A DNA stretch of 61,050 nt, counting the filler, from Squatina squatina (lineage: Eukaryota), in the NCBI GenBank assembly GCA_031763465.1. It is 4 parts of 4 records of this genome, joined end to end, with 100 filler letters (N's around TTAATTAATTAA, not from the genome) between each part and the next. Parts side by side here need not be neighbours in the genome. Positions count along the whole stretch, not along the records: positions 13,500 to 32,161 come from JARFOE010000073.1; 3 more parts are not named here. One strand, 5' to 3'. The notes under the pieces were generated by a model, which worked only from the letters and a program-made list of their open reading frames with translations, made no database searches and was not told the origin of the DNA. This document shows positions 13,500 through 26,719 of this stretch, piece by piece (positions within the stretch are counted from its first letter, which is position 1; every line of letters begins with the position of its first letter). The position numbers and the translations under genes are program-made.

Positions 13500-14512
13500 G
13501 TGCTGCAGTTCGATGATAGAGGTTGGGGTGGTCTTGATTTTGGACTGGAGGCAGCGGAGGTTGAACAGATTCCCACTCATCCTGTAGATTAGCTCCACTC
13601 CACTCCAGTGGGGAGCTTCATGGAGATGGGATGAAGTGTTGCAGCGAGGAAGATGGAGAAGAGCGTCGGTGCAATGACATAGCCTTGCTTGACCCCAGTT
13701 TGCACATGTATTGGGTTTGTGGTTGAACTGTTGGTGAGGATCACGGCTTGCATGTCATTGTGGAGCAGATGGTGGATGGTGACTAATTTTTGTAGGCAGC
13801 CAAGTTTAAGGAAAACCCTCTATAATCCCTCCCGGTTGACCAAGTCGAACGCATTTGTGAGGTTAAAGAAGGTCATGTACAAAGGTTGATGCTGCTTTCT
13901 GCACTTTTCCTGGTCTTGCCACGCATTGAAAATCATGTTCATTGTGCCTCTTGCCGGGCGGTATCCGTATTGTGACGCTGGGAGGAGCTCTTCAGCCACT
14001 GGAAGGAGACGGTTTAGGAGGATTCTGACGATGACCTTCCCTGTGGTGGACAGCAGGGACACCCCTCTGTGGTTTCCGCAATTGAACTTGTCTCCTTTCT
14101 TGAAGATGGTGTCTCTGAGATCCGCTGGCATGCTCTCCTCCTCCCAGGTGAGGGAGATGAGGTAGTGTATTTGTGCCACGAGTGCCTATCCGCCGTATTT
14201 TAGTATTTTGGCAGGAATTATTTCTGCGTCGGAGGCCTTGTTGTTTTTCAGCTGACGGATGGACTTTTCAACTTCGTGTCGGGCTGGGGTTGTACTGAGA
14301 TAGTGGTGCGTAGAACGCTGTGGGTTGGAATCAAGAGCACTCATGTCAAGGACCAGAGTCTTGGTTGAGGAGTTCCCCAAAGTGCTCTTTCCAGCAGGCA
14401 CTGCCTCTTTGTCCATGATGAGCACCTAGCCTGCATTTTTAGCTCTCAGCGGTGTAGGTCCTTGGGTGTTTGGGCCATAGATGGACTTGACTGCGCTGAA
14501 GAATCCACGCAC
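13500..14512 (-). mobile_element. RTE-clade LINE reverse transcriptase fragment (decayed)
   Basis: Minus-strand ORFs give CGNHRGVSLLSTTGKVIVRILLNRL..EELLPASQYGYRPARGT..QEKCRKQHQPLYMTFFNLTNAFDLVNREGL, typical RTE RT motifs. Confidence 0.92.
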
Positions 14513-15489
14513 GTACTCTGAGTACTACTTGTTTGACTCCGAAGGAAAGAGAATGGTGCTTAGCTGCAAACCTTGGCACATTAATAGAAGTGGGATTTTA
14601 AGAGCAGAATGAGTGAGATGGATTACAAGCCCAACAAAACATACAGCAATGTGTTTATTTTCAAAGAGTGGAAAGTATTGAAACAGGTTATATTTTTTCA
14701 ACCTAAAAACTGAGACTTGGCAGACCTGAAGGTGTCAGAGAAGTCAGCACAGGCCCACTGAGTGCTTTGATTTAAAAACGAAAAATAAAACTTGGCTTCA
14801 GGTGTTGTATTTTATAGACCTGGAGCCAATCCAGCCAACCCTCCATCTCAGATGCCAAAATAAATTCCTCTTCAAGTTAAAAAGGGCTCCAAGGCTCCAG
14901 TTTGCCTACCTTGGAAAATGAATTCTATTTTCTGCATTCACATATTCATTCTGAGAGCTATCCTCGGTTATTTTCATACTTTAAATTTACATTTTGGTGG
15001 TGCAAGTAGGATACTTTTCAGCTATCCTTTTTTCTTTCTCATGAAACCTTTACAGGCCATTTCTGAAGACCAGGCCTTCCTTTATTTCTCATAGCAGATA
15101 ATTCAGTGTGAGGGGAGGAACAATTTTATCACTTACTATAAAAACACTGGACAGATTCAAATACTTTAAAACATTTTCCACCAACAATTTTTCGTCCTCC
15201 GCAACTGAAGGCTCTTAAAGTTCCANNNNNNNNNNNNNNNNNNNNNNNNNNNNNNNNNNNNNNNNNNNNNNNNNNNNNNNNNNNNNNNNNNNNNNNNNNN
15301 NNNNNNNNNNNNNNNNNNNNNNNNNACATCTGAGAATTGATTGTTTCCAGAAATCAGAAAATTACAAGGCAAAATGGCAAGATTTTGCGGTTGCAGGAAA
15401 TAGAATGTGAACTCTATCAGTATGCCAGTCAAGAAGGCTGGCCACATAACGACAGGTTTTGATGATGAGGCCATTTATTACATTAAGCA

Positions 15490-15660
15490 CATCAGAGAAA
15501 GGAGGCACGATTTCTCGGCTAAGGACAAGGTCATGAAGGTCATAGCACACAGGGGCATGGCAAGAGGTGGCTGAGGTCATCAACAGCAGAGCAGTGTCCA
15601 ATAGGCATGGAGGCAATGCCAAAAGAAGTTAAGTGATTTCACCAGAAGGGAGAAAGCAAG
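15490..15660 (+). mobile_element. PIF/Harbinger Myb/SANT-like ORF remnant
   Basis: AWQEVAEVINSRAVS(frameshift)AWRQCQKKLSDFTRREK fits the W..VA..V.....R.W.QC.KK..D pattern. Confidence 0.7.
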
Positions 15661-17139
15661 TGAACTTTTACACAGATATAAAGCTGTTTGTGAGCTCCTC
15701 GGCATCAATCTAGTGTATTCTATCATACAATGTAATGGGCTCATTCAAATTGCATAATGTAAACATGCTAGAGTTTTGTTCCCACTAAAGAACCACTAGA
15801 TGGTCACAAGTTACACACAGTCCACACGAGCACCGGCAGGGATCTAATGCGTGAAAATGCATTAAAGCAGCACCAACTTTACCTTCACTACCACTTCTTC
15901 TTAATGCACTGGGAAATGGCACAGGTTATGTTGTAGAGTGTCCTGATGCTGCAGTTGATTACTAAAGCAGTAGCTAGCTTTTAACAGAAGGCAGGCAGGA
16001 GAAGGAACTGCTTTCATACAGGAAGTGACCCGATTGCAGGAAAGGACAGTGGAGCTGCAAAAACAGAAATTGAGAGAGGATGCAGGAGATGTTGAAGCAG
16101 GAGGAAGAGGAGGCCCCTTGTCAGAGGACAAAAGAGCCTCTGCCAGCAGATACCAAGGAAGTGGGCTCAGCTCTCCATTCTGCATCTTCCTTTCTTAAAT
16201 AGAAAGAAAATTGAGTGGGCTCCATTGCCAGTGAGCCGTCCTACTCATCCGAATTTCCTCTCTGCACTCAATCCAAGCGATACTCCAGCCCCAGACGGTA
16301 CAGTTGAAAATCTACCCCGAAAATGCTCATCTGCAAGTTGAAAGGCTCACTGATGTTGTATCCTGCTCAAAGTGATATATCATTCCAAATATAAAGCAAA
16401 TAACATTCAAAACACTGCTTTACAGCATTGGATATTTTGAGGATTATGTGCCTGCTGCTAGATGGAATCTGGGATGTTTTATTTTTAATGCAAAACCAAA
16501 TCGTTAATGTGTGCCAAATTTAATTAATGATACGATGACCAACTTTACCTTCAATCACAAATTAATCTATATATTGATGAATTGATAATGTAAATATTTA
16601 AATTATGAATAAATAACATTGACGTGGTGTTGCATATAACTTTTCGTGGCATTTTGTTCAGCTTGTCTTATATCAGGAAGTAATAATGAGTAAATTATTA
16701 ATGGGTAAATATTTCAATGCAACGTACATGCTGGATATTTAAAGCTGGACTGTATCATAGGCTTCTGTGTCAATGCTGAAATAATATTTATTGGGTTCAG
16801 TTTTCTCATGATGCATTGGAAAAAGGTATTTGTGCCATGCTTTGTATTGTGCTATTTTTTCTGCCATACTCTGCTTGGGTTAATTAAGGCACATATTATT
16901 GAGCACGGAAATAAATACTTTCTCTGCTTTCAAAGTGTACATTCTTGACATTAAGGAAACAAAACACAAAGGGGTTCATTTTAACCAAAAGGAGGAAACT
17001 GGCGCGATCAGATTGGCTGCACGTTTTATACGCTGCCCNNNNNNNNNNNNNNNNNNNNNNNNNNNNNNNNNNNNNNNNNNNNNNNNNNNNNNNNNNNNNN
17101 NNNNNNNNNNNNNNNNNNNNNNNNNNNNNNNNNNNNNNC

Positions 17140-17258
17140 AAATAATAGAAGCATTATCATTAATAATTGAGGAATTATCATCACCAACAATAGAGGAATC
17201 ATCACCAATAATAGAGAAATCATCACCAATAATATAGGATTTGTCATCAATAATAGTG
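17140..17258. repeat. Degenerate 21-24 bp tandem repeat (atcatcaccaataatagagga)
   Basis: About five units are visible. Confidence 0.8.
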
Positions 17259-20010
17259 CATTCTACATCACTGAGAACAAATAAAGCAATGCCAGAAACA
17301 GGATCAACTGAACAGCGAATTATTTTGAGCAGAAGATGAAAACACACTCAAACTTGTGTTTCACCTTAGCTTCACTAGGTGTCATTGTCTCCATCTGTAG
17401 CAGAGAAGTTTATTTTTAAAGTCGTTCTTGTTAATTCTTGCCCTTCATTTATGGCTGGTTCATGGTTTTGAAAGATATTTTATGATGTGTTCATGCACTT
17501 AAGGAAACTTCTAGATTGCACTTTTGGACTAATCCATTTAAGCGTCATGTCTTTATTTAAACAGATAGTTGAAATATAAGTGACTGGTTTTGGTGGAATC
17601 TGTTATATTCTGTTAAATATAAGCAAAAGCACTTTTGTCTCACACCTGACAGCCACTTTTCTTAGGGCTGAACTTTAGTGGGACTGCATAGTGAATATAT
17701 CTTAAACCATTGTTCTTCTTCCTGGACTTTGTTGCATTTTACTCAATGTTTTTTTTCTCTTTCAAACCCCGCAATCCAAATAACGATATGAAGGCTATAA
17801 ATTTGTTACTTGTTGCTGTAGGCGGCATCACCAGCATAAAACAATAAATGAGCTATTACGGTTCCCAGTGCAGGTCAGGGAGCAGCACCCATGTGCAATA
17901 AAATGAATCCAACTGAAACTCCCAACATCCAACAGCTCCTGTCACCTCATAAACTTGTATGAAGTTTGCAATAAATTTTGGGGTGAAATTGGCTGGCGCC
18001 TCTGCAGAGACCTAACGCTTAAAGTTTTTAGGTGATTAGTGCCTCCACTCGGAGGTGCTATGATGTTGCAAAATTCACCATTTATTCCCGGGAGGCGAGA
18101 TCGGGAGGCGCTAAGTGGGGACTTTAGGTGCTAATTGCTGAGAGGCCCCGCTGGCGCTGGAGGCACTATGCGACCTTGACATTACATGGGCCTCACAGAG
18201 ATTGATGTAGATCACTCCCTAAAGAATAAAGAAGTGCCGAGTGCAGGACATTGCTGTCTTAAGCATTTCAAAAACAGATTGAAGGCAGTCACACCAATCT
18301 CTCAGAATTTTTGTAAGGAATGGCGAGCAGAAAAACCTCTAGGGGAGAAGGCCTCCTTCAAGGACATCTGAGGCCACTCAAGGAGAAAAGGACAGATTGC
18401 ATCTGACAGATCACTGAACTCGATCAAGCCAGACTGTAGAAGCTGAGACATGAGTCAATGCTGGAGATCATGGCAATCACTCCTCAATGCNNNNNNNNNN
18501 NNNNNNNNNNNNNNNNNNNNNNNNNNNNNNNNNNNNNNNNNNNNNNNNNNNNNNNNNNNNNNNNNNNNNNNNNNNNNNNNNNNNNNNNNNGAAACGATAT
18601 TTTCGGCAGTGGGACAAGATGTGTATTCTAAAGGCTTTTGTACTAAAAATCTGTAGCGACAAACTCGGAACAGAAATAATGCCATTTTGTACGGTCCGAA
18701 ACATGCATTACAAACACGGGGGTGTATGTTGAGGGAATGGTTAAGCTTCAGAAATTAGGCTTGCGTTGAATGTTATTTTACCATTTTGTGTCAGAAAGTG
18801 ATCGATCGCCTTGCATACTGCTGTCTTCGCAACCGTCTCGTTGAAAGGACAAACTGCACGCATCCATATCGATTTCCTTTCTACCTCTACATGTAGTCGA
18901 TATCGCTGTTTGTGCAAATGACTGCCTATAAGACGCTCCAAAACCATTTCGTTGATATTGACTTTATTTAATAATGTTTTGTTTGTTATAACGAAAACAG
19001 GCTTTTATAAGTTTTTGCTAACTTTGAAATAAACTTTCAGTTTCGAGGTTAATTTCCCTGCAACTTTGAGACCTGCTGCGGGTTTTAAAGCCCCCACGTC
19101 CCCATTCTTCAGCTGCGCAACGCGTTGTTTGAATACACAATCTAAAGTGTTAGAATAGGCTGTTCTCTTTCACATGGGTTAGTCGGCACTTGCAGAGGTT
19201 ACTATTTGTGTTGGGCAATGAAAGCAATACAAGGGGCGTTCCTACTTGAATTCAAGAACACAAGCACGCACAAAAAAGACCAGAACCGGTGTGTTTACAC
19301 AAATGGATTTTCACCAGNNNNNNNNNNNNNNNNNNNNNNNNNNNNNNNNNNNNNNNNNNNNNNNNNNNNNNNNNNNNNNNNNNNNNNNNNNNNNNNNNNN
19401 NNNNNNNNNNNNNNNNNNNNNNNNNNNNNNNNNNNNNNNNNNNNNNNNNNNNNNNNNNNNNNNNNNNNNNNNNNNNNNNNNNNNNNNNNNNNNNNNNNNN
19501 NNNNNNNNNNNNNNNNNNNNNNNNNNNNNNNNNNNNNNNNNNNNNNNNNNNNNNNNNNNNNNNNNNNNNNNNNNNNNNNNNNNNNNNNNNNNNNNNNNNN
19601 NNNNNNNNNNNNNNNNNNNNNNNNNNNNNNNNNNNNNNNNNNNNNNNNNNNNNNNNNNNNNNNNNNNNNNNNNNNNNNNNNNNNNNNNNNNNNNNNNNNN
19701 NNNNNNNNNNNNNNNNNNNNNNNNNNNNNNNNNNNNNNNNNNNNNNNNNNNNNNNNNNNNNNNNNNNNNNNNNNNNNNNNNNNNNNNNNNNNNNNNNNNN
19801 NNNNNNNNNNNNNNNNNNNNNNNNNNNNNNNNNNNNNNNNNNNNNNNNNNNNNNNNNNNNNNNNNNNNNNNNNNNNNNNNNNNNNNNNNNNNNNNNNNNN
19901 NNNNNNNNNNNNNNNNNNNNNNNNNNNNNNNNNNNNNNNNNNNNNNNNNNNNNNNNNNNNNNNNNNNNNNNNNNNNNNNNNNNNNNNNNNNNNNNNNNNN
20001 NNNNNNNNNN

Positions 20011-20430
20011 GAGGTTGCATTGGCATGCAAATGAGGGCAGCGCGTGCTCCCGGGACAGGCCGGTCGCAGCTGAAAAGCTCCATTTGTTTATTTAGAGCGG
20101 AATGGCACGCGCCGGGCGCACGAATGAAGGGGGGGCGACGCGCGCGGAATGTCAATGGGAGGCAGACAGGAGAGGGAGCGAGTGGGGGGAGGGAAAGTGG
20201 GCCGGGCCTTATCTGGAGCGTGCATCTGGGGAGGGAGCGAGGGAGGCGCGTGTTGAAAAAGGCGAGTGCTTGCAAAGTTTGCAGCAGATCGTCTCCCGGA
20301 GAGGTGCGGGTCAGGACCTGCTCCTTGCGGTAAAGCGCGCGCCCCACGCGAACGCCACGAGCGCTGCACACTGCCAACTTTTTTTTTTCCGCTCTCTCTC
20401 TCTCTCCTTTTCCTCCCCCATCTAAAGACT
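20011..20430 (+). promoter_or_regulatory. CpG-rich promoter/5'UTR of the ASCL gene
   Basis: High CpG density; octamer ATGCAAAT 20025-20032; E-box CAGCTG 20067-20072; class C sites CACGCG/CGCGTG at 20041, 20106, 20247, 20345; N-box CACGAG at 20356. Confidence 0.7.
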
Positions 20431-21074
20431 ATGGAGCGGACAGCGGCCGCGCAACTCATGCAATCCTCCTCTCAGTTCCTCTTGGAGAGCCGGCCGGTCC
20501 CGTACAGCGACGGCNNNNNNNNNNNNNNNNNNNNNNNNNNNNNNNNNNNNNNNNNNNNNNNNNNNNNNNNNNNNNNNNNNNNNNNNNNNNNNNNNNNNNN
20601 NNNNNNNNNNNNNNNNNNNNNNNNNNNNNNNNNNNNNNNNNNNNNNNNNNNNNNNNNNNNNNNNNNNNNNNNNNNNNNNNNNNNNNNNNNNNNNNNNNNN
20701 NNNNNNNNNNNNNNNNNNNNNNNNNNNNNNNNNNNNNNNNNNNNNNNNNNNNNNNNNNNNNNNNNNNNNNNNNNNNNNNNNNNNNNNNNNNNNNNNNNNN
20801 NNNCAACAAGAAGATGAGCAAAGTGGAGACGCTGCGCTCGGCGGTCGAGTACATCCGCGCGCTGCAGCAGCTGCTGGACGAGCACGACGCCGTGTCGGCC
20901 GCCTTCCAGTGCGGCGTCCCCTCGCCCACCCTCTCGCCCGCCTACTCGGCCGACCTCCACTCCATCCCGCCGTCCCCGCTCTCCACCTACTCCTCGGATG
21001 AAGGCAGCTACGAGGCTCTGAGCCCGGAGGAGCAGGAACTTCTCGACTTCACCAGCTGGTTTGACAGATACTGA
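20431..21074 (+). CDS. Achaete-scute family bHLH transcription factor (ascl1b/ASCL2-type), single coding exon, middle in gap 20515-20803
   Basis: ATG 20431 [16 protein letters not shown]..; after the gap [69 protein letters not shown]. Family assignment is certain; paralogue assignment is inferred, so no symbol is given. Confidence 0.95.
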
Positions 21075-21080
21075 GCGGGG

Positions 21081-21276
21081 GTAAGGCGGCTGTCTTCTTG
21101 CAGAAATGTTCAGACTTTTTGCTCGAAATTGCTCAAGTGATATCACTTCCTCGTTTAGCCTTAAATGTACGGAATTTTGTTTTGTTTAAAAGACTTGTGT
21201 GTGGAATCTGCTGGGAAATGTGTTGAATTGTGTCACTGCGCGTTATTGACAGCCGTCTTCTTGCCTTGTATTCCAG
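21081..21276 (+). other. Probable 3'UTR intron of the ASCL gene
   Basis: gg|gtaagg donor 6 nt after the stop; cttcttgccttgtattccag| acceptor. Mammalian ASCL1 also has a 3'UTR intron. Confidence 0.6.
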
Positions 21277-21735
21277 ATGTTGAAGGGAAGCATACCAATA
21301 CCTCTGCGTCATTATTTCTGTGTTACAAGGGGGAAGAGGAAGAGAGAAGTATGTCGCGTTTCTGTTTACTAGAGCTTCGTTTCACTGCCAACCTCCTGAG
21401 TGCTGAACATCGGGGACCACAAACTACTCAGGACACACTTGAAGATGCTTCCAAGAGAAAGCCACGAACAATTATAACTGAAGTGTAATTATGTAAATAA
21501 CCCTCCCAGTTAATGGAGGGGACCAGAGAGACTGTGGACTCTCCGGGTACAGCCTTACTGATGCTTGTCTGAAAGGGGTATCCAACATTTCTGTATAGCT
21601 AATATAGCTGTAATGGGTGTGGTGTTAAAGAGAATGTCTCAGTGGCATCAGTGCCATCCGCCTGTCACATACTTATATACCCTGTCGCCTTTTGGGGTCA
21701 GTTAATAGAAAACTAACTTTATATNNNNNNNNNNA

Positions 21736-21847
21736 GAGGCGGTGGAGGTTGAACAGTTTCCCACTCGTCTTGCAGATTAGCTCCACTCCAGCAGGGAGCT
21801 TCATGGAGATGGGATGGAGTGTTGTGGCAAGGAAAATGGAGAAGAGC
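21736..21847 (-). mobile_element. Second RTE LINE fragment
   Basis: Aligns by eye to about 13548-13663. Confidence 0.85.
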
Positions 21848-22649
21848 TATATTTAATTGGACATGTAGAAATTTGAAGTAACATGGCCAAACTTAAAACT
21901 GACCAAATGTGTCCAAAAATGCTTCAGGTGAAAGACAACAGGGCTTCAAAGTATTGAAAGGCAAGAAAGTTCTCTGCAGTTCAAATGTGGAGTAAGTTTG
22001 CTGAGATGACCAGCTGCTGTTTATAGATCAAAAGATAATAGGTTTTCATCTTGGAGTTTTAAAAGGGCAGACTGGGGAAAGACTAGTTTAGCTAATATAG
22101 CTGATAAGGGTGCAGTGTTAAATGGAATGTTTCAGCGGTATCAATGCCATCCACCTGTCGCATACTTGTATACCCATCGCCTTTTGCGGTTAGTTAATAG
22201 AACACTAACTTTATACTGGATTTGAGTGGAGAAAAAAATTTGATGCTTCTGTACTTTGAAAGAAATCTCAATTAGAACTGTGTCTATTCTTATTAGAAGG
22301 ATATGAAGACTTATAAATGAAAGCAGAAAAAAAATGAACTATACAAAATATTTCTCCACCGGCACAGACACAATGGGTCAAATGGCCTCCTTCTGTGCCA
22401 TAAATTTCTATGATTGCGAAATTGATTTCAATTGCACAAGCACCAGAAAATTGAAAAAGCTGCTGGAGTATTTGTAAAAACACAACTGGTTCACAAATGT
22501 TCTTCAAGAAAGGAAGCCTGCTTCCTCTACCTGCCTGGCCTAGATGTGGTTAACAGTTAACTCTAATACCCTCAGGTCAACTAGGGTTGGTTAATAAACA
22601 CCGTCTTGCCAACATTGTTCACACCCCAATAAAAATAGACATAGCAAAG

Positions 22650-22890
22650 GATGAAGTTAGAGACACTTTGGTGTCTTTAGGCTCAACTCTATAGATGTCC
22701 AGCCACTGCAAAGCAGCAACCAACAAAGGATGTTGAACTGCACAGCCAAAACAGTCAGAGGATGTAGTGATGGAACTATACAATGCTCCTGTCAGAACAC
22801 AACTTGAATATTGGTTGCTTCAGTGGTCACCAAGAAATGAGAGACATTCAAGCACTGGAGGCAGTGCAGAGAAGAGCATCGAAGCTGATC
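22650..22890 (+). mobile_element. CR1 LINE ORF2 C-terminal remnant
   Basis: ELYNAPVRTQLEYWLLQWSP..ALEAVQRRA resembles LY.ALVRP.LEYC.Q.WSP..LE.VQRRAT. Confidence 0.75.
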
Positions 22891-24045
22891 CAGAGCATAA
22901 AGCTTTCATACTGTCGAATCTATTGAGGATACTGCAGGACACACATCTGTCAACTAACAAATGTAATATTTGCAAGAAACAACACCCTCATTACTTTCCT
23001 TGTAAAAAGGCAGCATCAGCTGGATAGGATGTAAAGGGTTTTCTCACGTGCAACACTCCTTTAGAAGGTAACCATGTGTGTATTAGTATGCTTCATATAA
23101 ACCCTATAGCTGACGTAAGCAATTTTATCCTGCATCCTTCTATTCTATTTCAAGTACAGAAGCTGAGTTATCAGAAAAGTCCATCCTTAACTCTCATTCC
23201 CACTTATAAGTCTTCATAATTCTGCTTTTAGCTATTTTTAAAACCAGCTTATAGTAACATTGACATCTTAAAGTTATAAAATTTAAATAATTAAGAATGC
23301 ATAAATCTTGAGCTTTCCTACATAACAGATGAAAAATTGAAAGAAAAATAAAACTTGCTCACCCAACTTCAGTGCTGGGTGACATTGTACAATAACAGAC
23401 TGTGCTCCCAGCAGGCAGTATATTACAGTAATATTTTACCATCACTCAGTCATTGGCTCACCTTTGAGTCCTGAATTTGCTGTCCAACACCCTCATTACA
23501 TTTCATTTTTAGATGCCAAGGCATTCCAAATTTGAGTAGAGGGTGCCTGTGACTATTCGGATACAAAGTAAAGCTATTACAAATGAACAAAATTTGTCAT
23601 TTTAGTAGCTGATAATTCATAAATGGAGGCTTTCATGCAAGACCTTTGTGAGCCTTGCTTGGGGCACTCCTTTCAGAAACTAAGTATTCACTAGACTTGC
23701 AAACTCCTGGTGATGTCAGCCACAATTACTACCTAATTTTATTCCTTCTTAAAGATGTAAATTCTTGCTGGGGTAAAGTTCCATGAACACTGGCAGTCCT
23801 CTGGTACCTCACCCAAGTGAGCGCTCATGTATGAGGCAATACAGTAAATGTCTGCAGGCTGTTGTACCGTGAAGAGCAGCTCAGCCAAGTCCTCACCTAT
23901 TCTCACCAAACATCCACACATGCACTTTACAGTAGGGATCACTTGNNNNNNNNNNNNNNNNNNNNNNNNNNNNNNNNNNNNNNNNNNNNNNNNNNNNNNN
24001 NNNNNNNNNNNNNNNNNNNNNNNNNNNNNNNNNNNNNNNNNNNNN

Positions 24046-24113
<68 letters not shown>
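24046..24113. repeat. (CTCACT)n hexanucleotide microsatellite
   Basis: About 11 units next to a gap. Confidence 0.95.
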
Positions 24114-24115
<2 letters not shown>

Positions 24116-26719
24116 TCCGTGGATGAAGCTCGGCTTCTGCACTGGGATGGCCCTCACTGAAGGCCTGGCTGTCACTTCCCATACTTGGGGGGGCGCGGAG
24201 GAAATCCTAAGCCTATCGCCCCACGTTCCTCGACCGGCAACCCTACCCATCATCGCCCGGTCACGTTTCCCCACCCCACCCAAAACCGGCCCACTTCTGT
24301 TCAAATACGGAATGTAATAACTAACAAAGATTAGTAATGAATTTATAAAGAATATATATATATTTTATTTCTGTTAAAATGATCATTTTTTAATAAGGTA
24401 GATGGAGGGATAAATTAGTCATGTTCTCTGGGCACCCAGGGCCCAGTGCCTGCTCGGTCAGAGTCACAGACCGTGACACCACCCCTCCTTTCCTGAAGGC
24501 GTTGACTCTCGCACGGTTATGGGTTTAAGTGGGCACCCGCCCGCCGGCACCTCGCCCCAATTTCACTGCACCTCGTTTAATTTACACATTGGTGGATTAC
24601 ATTAGAAGAAAGGAGACAATTTATACAGTGCATTTGATACGTGGGAGCAATGCCAAAGAGAACTGGTTTGGGACTGAAAAGGCAAAGAACAAAGTCACAG
24701 GATGGTGATTTTGGCATAAACTTGGGAAATATATTTAAGTAAAACAACATGTCCACAGAGGGTCAAAGAATGATACAGTTATGTCAAATAAAACGAAAAC
24801 AGCCTTTTTATGTTAAACATAAGGTTTGCATATAGGCTGAATGATCAATAGAATCATCAGATTGCAATTTCTGTAAATGTAGTTCGGCTCACGCATTTGC
24901 AAACCCAGGATAAGTACATCCATGGCAATGGCCTTGACATATGCAAATTGTTACCTAACTTCTCAAGTTTGCTTCTTATGTATTCATTGAAAGCAGAATC
25001 AATTCTGTTATATGCAAATTAGATCATACGCATATTCTCCATCCTATTGATACAAAGTATGCATCTCGAATTAGGTCAAATAAACCTGCTACGGGATACT
25101 CAGTTTAGTTAACACGCAAGTTTTATTATCTGTTGTGCTTCCAATTTTCTAACTGTTGTATTTTGATTCGTACATACAATAAAAATCAAAAATAATGCAG
25201 GTTCAAATGGACTGATTAGCTTTGCTCGTTTGGTATGGTGTGTAACGCGAAACTGACATCTATTATCCTAACCTATACATTTATTGGACCGTCTATCTCG
25301 TCAGTACTGGCTGCAGTGTGGGGGCATATTTAATATAAATGTATATACAAGGAGTGTATGCTCAATTAGAATGCCCAATTAAATTTGTGCGCATCAGCTC
25401 GTTTCTTTAAATCAAGGGGTATGGTTTATGGTAACCAAACTGTAGGATTGCACATTTTGCGCTAGAGTTTATAAAAATTGAAAACTTTTTCGCCCAGTGG
25501 GAACTTCCGTTTATGCTGTGAGGCTTCAGCGGGCAGTATTTTTGGGCTAGTATTTCTGAAGATGATTTCCACATCGGGCGTTAACCAGCATTCGTAGCGA
25601 GAATAGTTGCCAACAAGTAATCGTTCTTAAGTCAATCATACACATCATTTCAGTCCAAGAGAGTGTGTAGGTTAGTGAGAGGGATAGAGAGGTAGATCTC
25701 TGTGCAGTGGAGGATTTGCATGGTACATTGATAATTAACTTATTCTGTGCCTCCACTTATTTACGGTATGATAAAACGTAATACGCAGATAACTCAAATT
25801 AAGCGCCTGTACAGATTACTTTTAAGTGAGAATTCTGGGATGCAATATTTCATTGGACCACTAAAGGCTTTTTGTATCGCACTGAGCACTATTACTGGCA
25901 ATATGAGCTGCAATAGTTCAACAACAACTTGCATTTATATAGCGCCTTTAACGTGGGAACACTTGACGGGAACGTAGCCTGACAAAAAAATTTGAATGAC
26001 AAGAATACTGAATCAAGGTATTGTGCAGCTGGTCCAACGAACTTAGCAATTGTTTTACTTATAACTCATAAGCCGTATAGAAAAAGGAAACGAACTCAGC
26101 AATATTTCAAGGAAAGATTAAACCAATAGATTATTTCCCCACTGTTGTAATAGTTAAGTCAATTCGACGGATTAGTCCCTCTTCCATTTCTCTAAATTGT
26201 GTTTGAAACTTCTCATCCCACGAAGCGCTGCAAACTATTGTCAACTTGTCTATTTCACTATTAAATAAATTACACAGTCAGAGGCAGAATGGTGTGTATT
26301 TGGTTATCTATCCTATCAACGTGCTTGCAAACATACATCTGCATTATATAAAGTGGATGCATTTGGAATGGCAAATGATGGATATACACGAAGCAAAATG
26401 CTCTTTAGGAATGAAGTGAGAACACAATGCAAACTGCTGTTTACTGAAATTTCAACATTGTTTGCAAATTATTTTAGCGGTCTAATAAATTGTACCTCCC
26501 GCACACTTTTGGACGGGGCCTGATCAAAAAGTCCCTGCCCCACCAAAAAAATGTTTAGAGATGGCTATTGTCTGGGTCCATTGCAAGACTCTTTCATCTC
26601 ATTATACAGATTGTGTGGCATCAGCATTATTATTGTTGTAAATAAACATTGAGGCTCTGGACAGGAACACACACGCAAAATGGGGATTTCAATTTCACCT
26701 GTCGGTAAATCTATGTGAG

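Noticed and set aside
19206-20377. Long ORFs of 240-375 aa in the ORF track (also 34164-35261)
   Set aside because: They are mostly N-gap read-through.
23848-24317. SH/SL/RV/ES dipeptide ORFs
   Set aside because: Produced by the (CTCACT)n microsatellite next to a gap.
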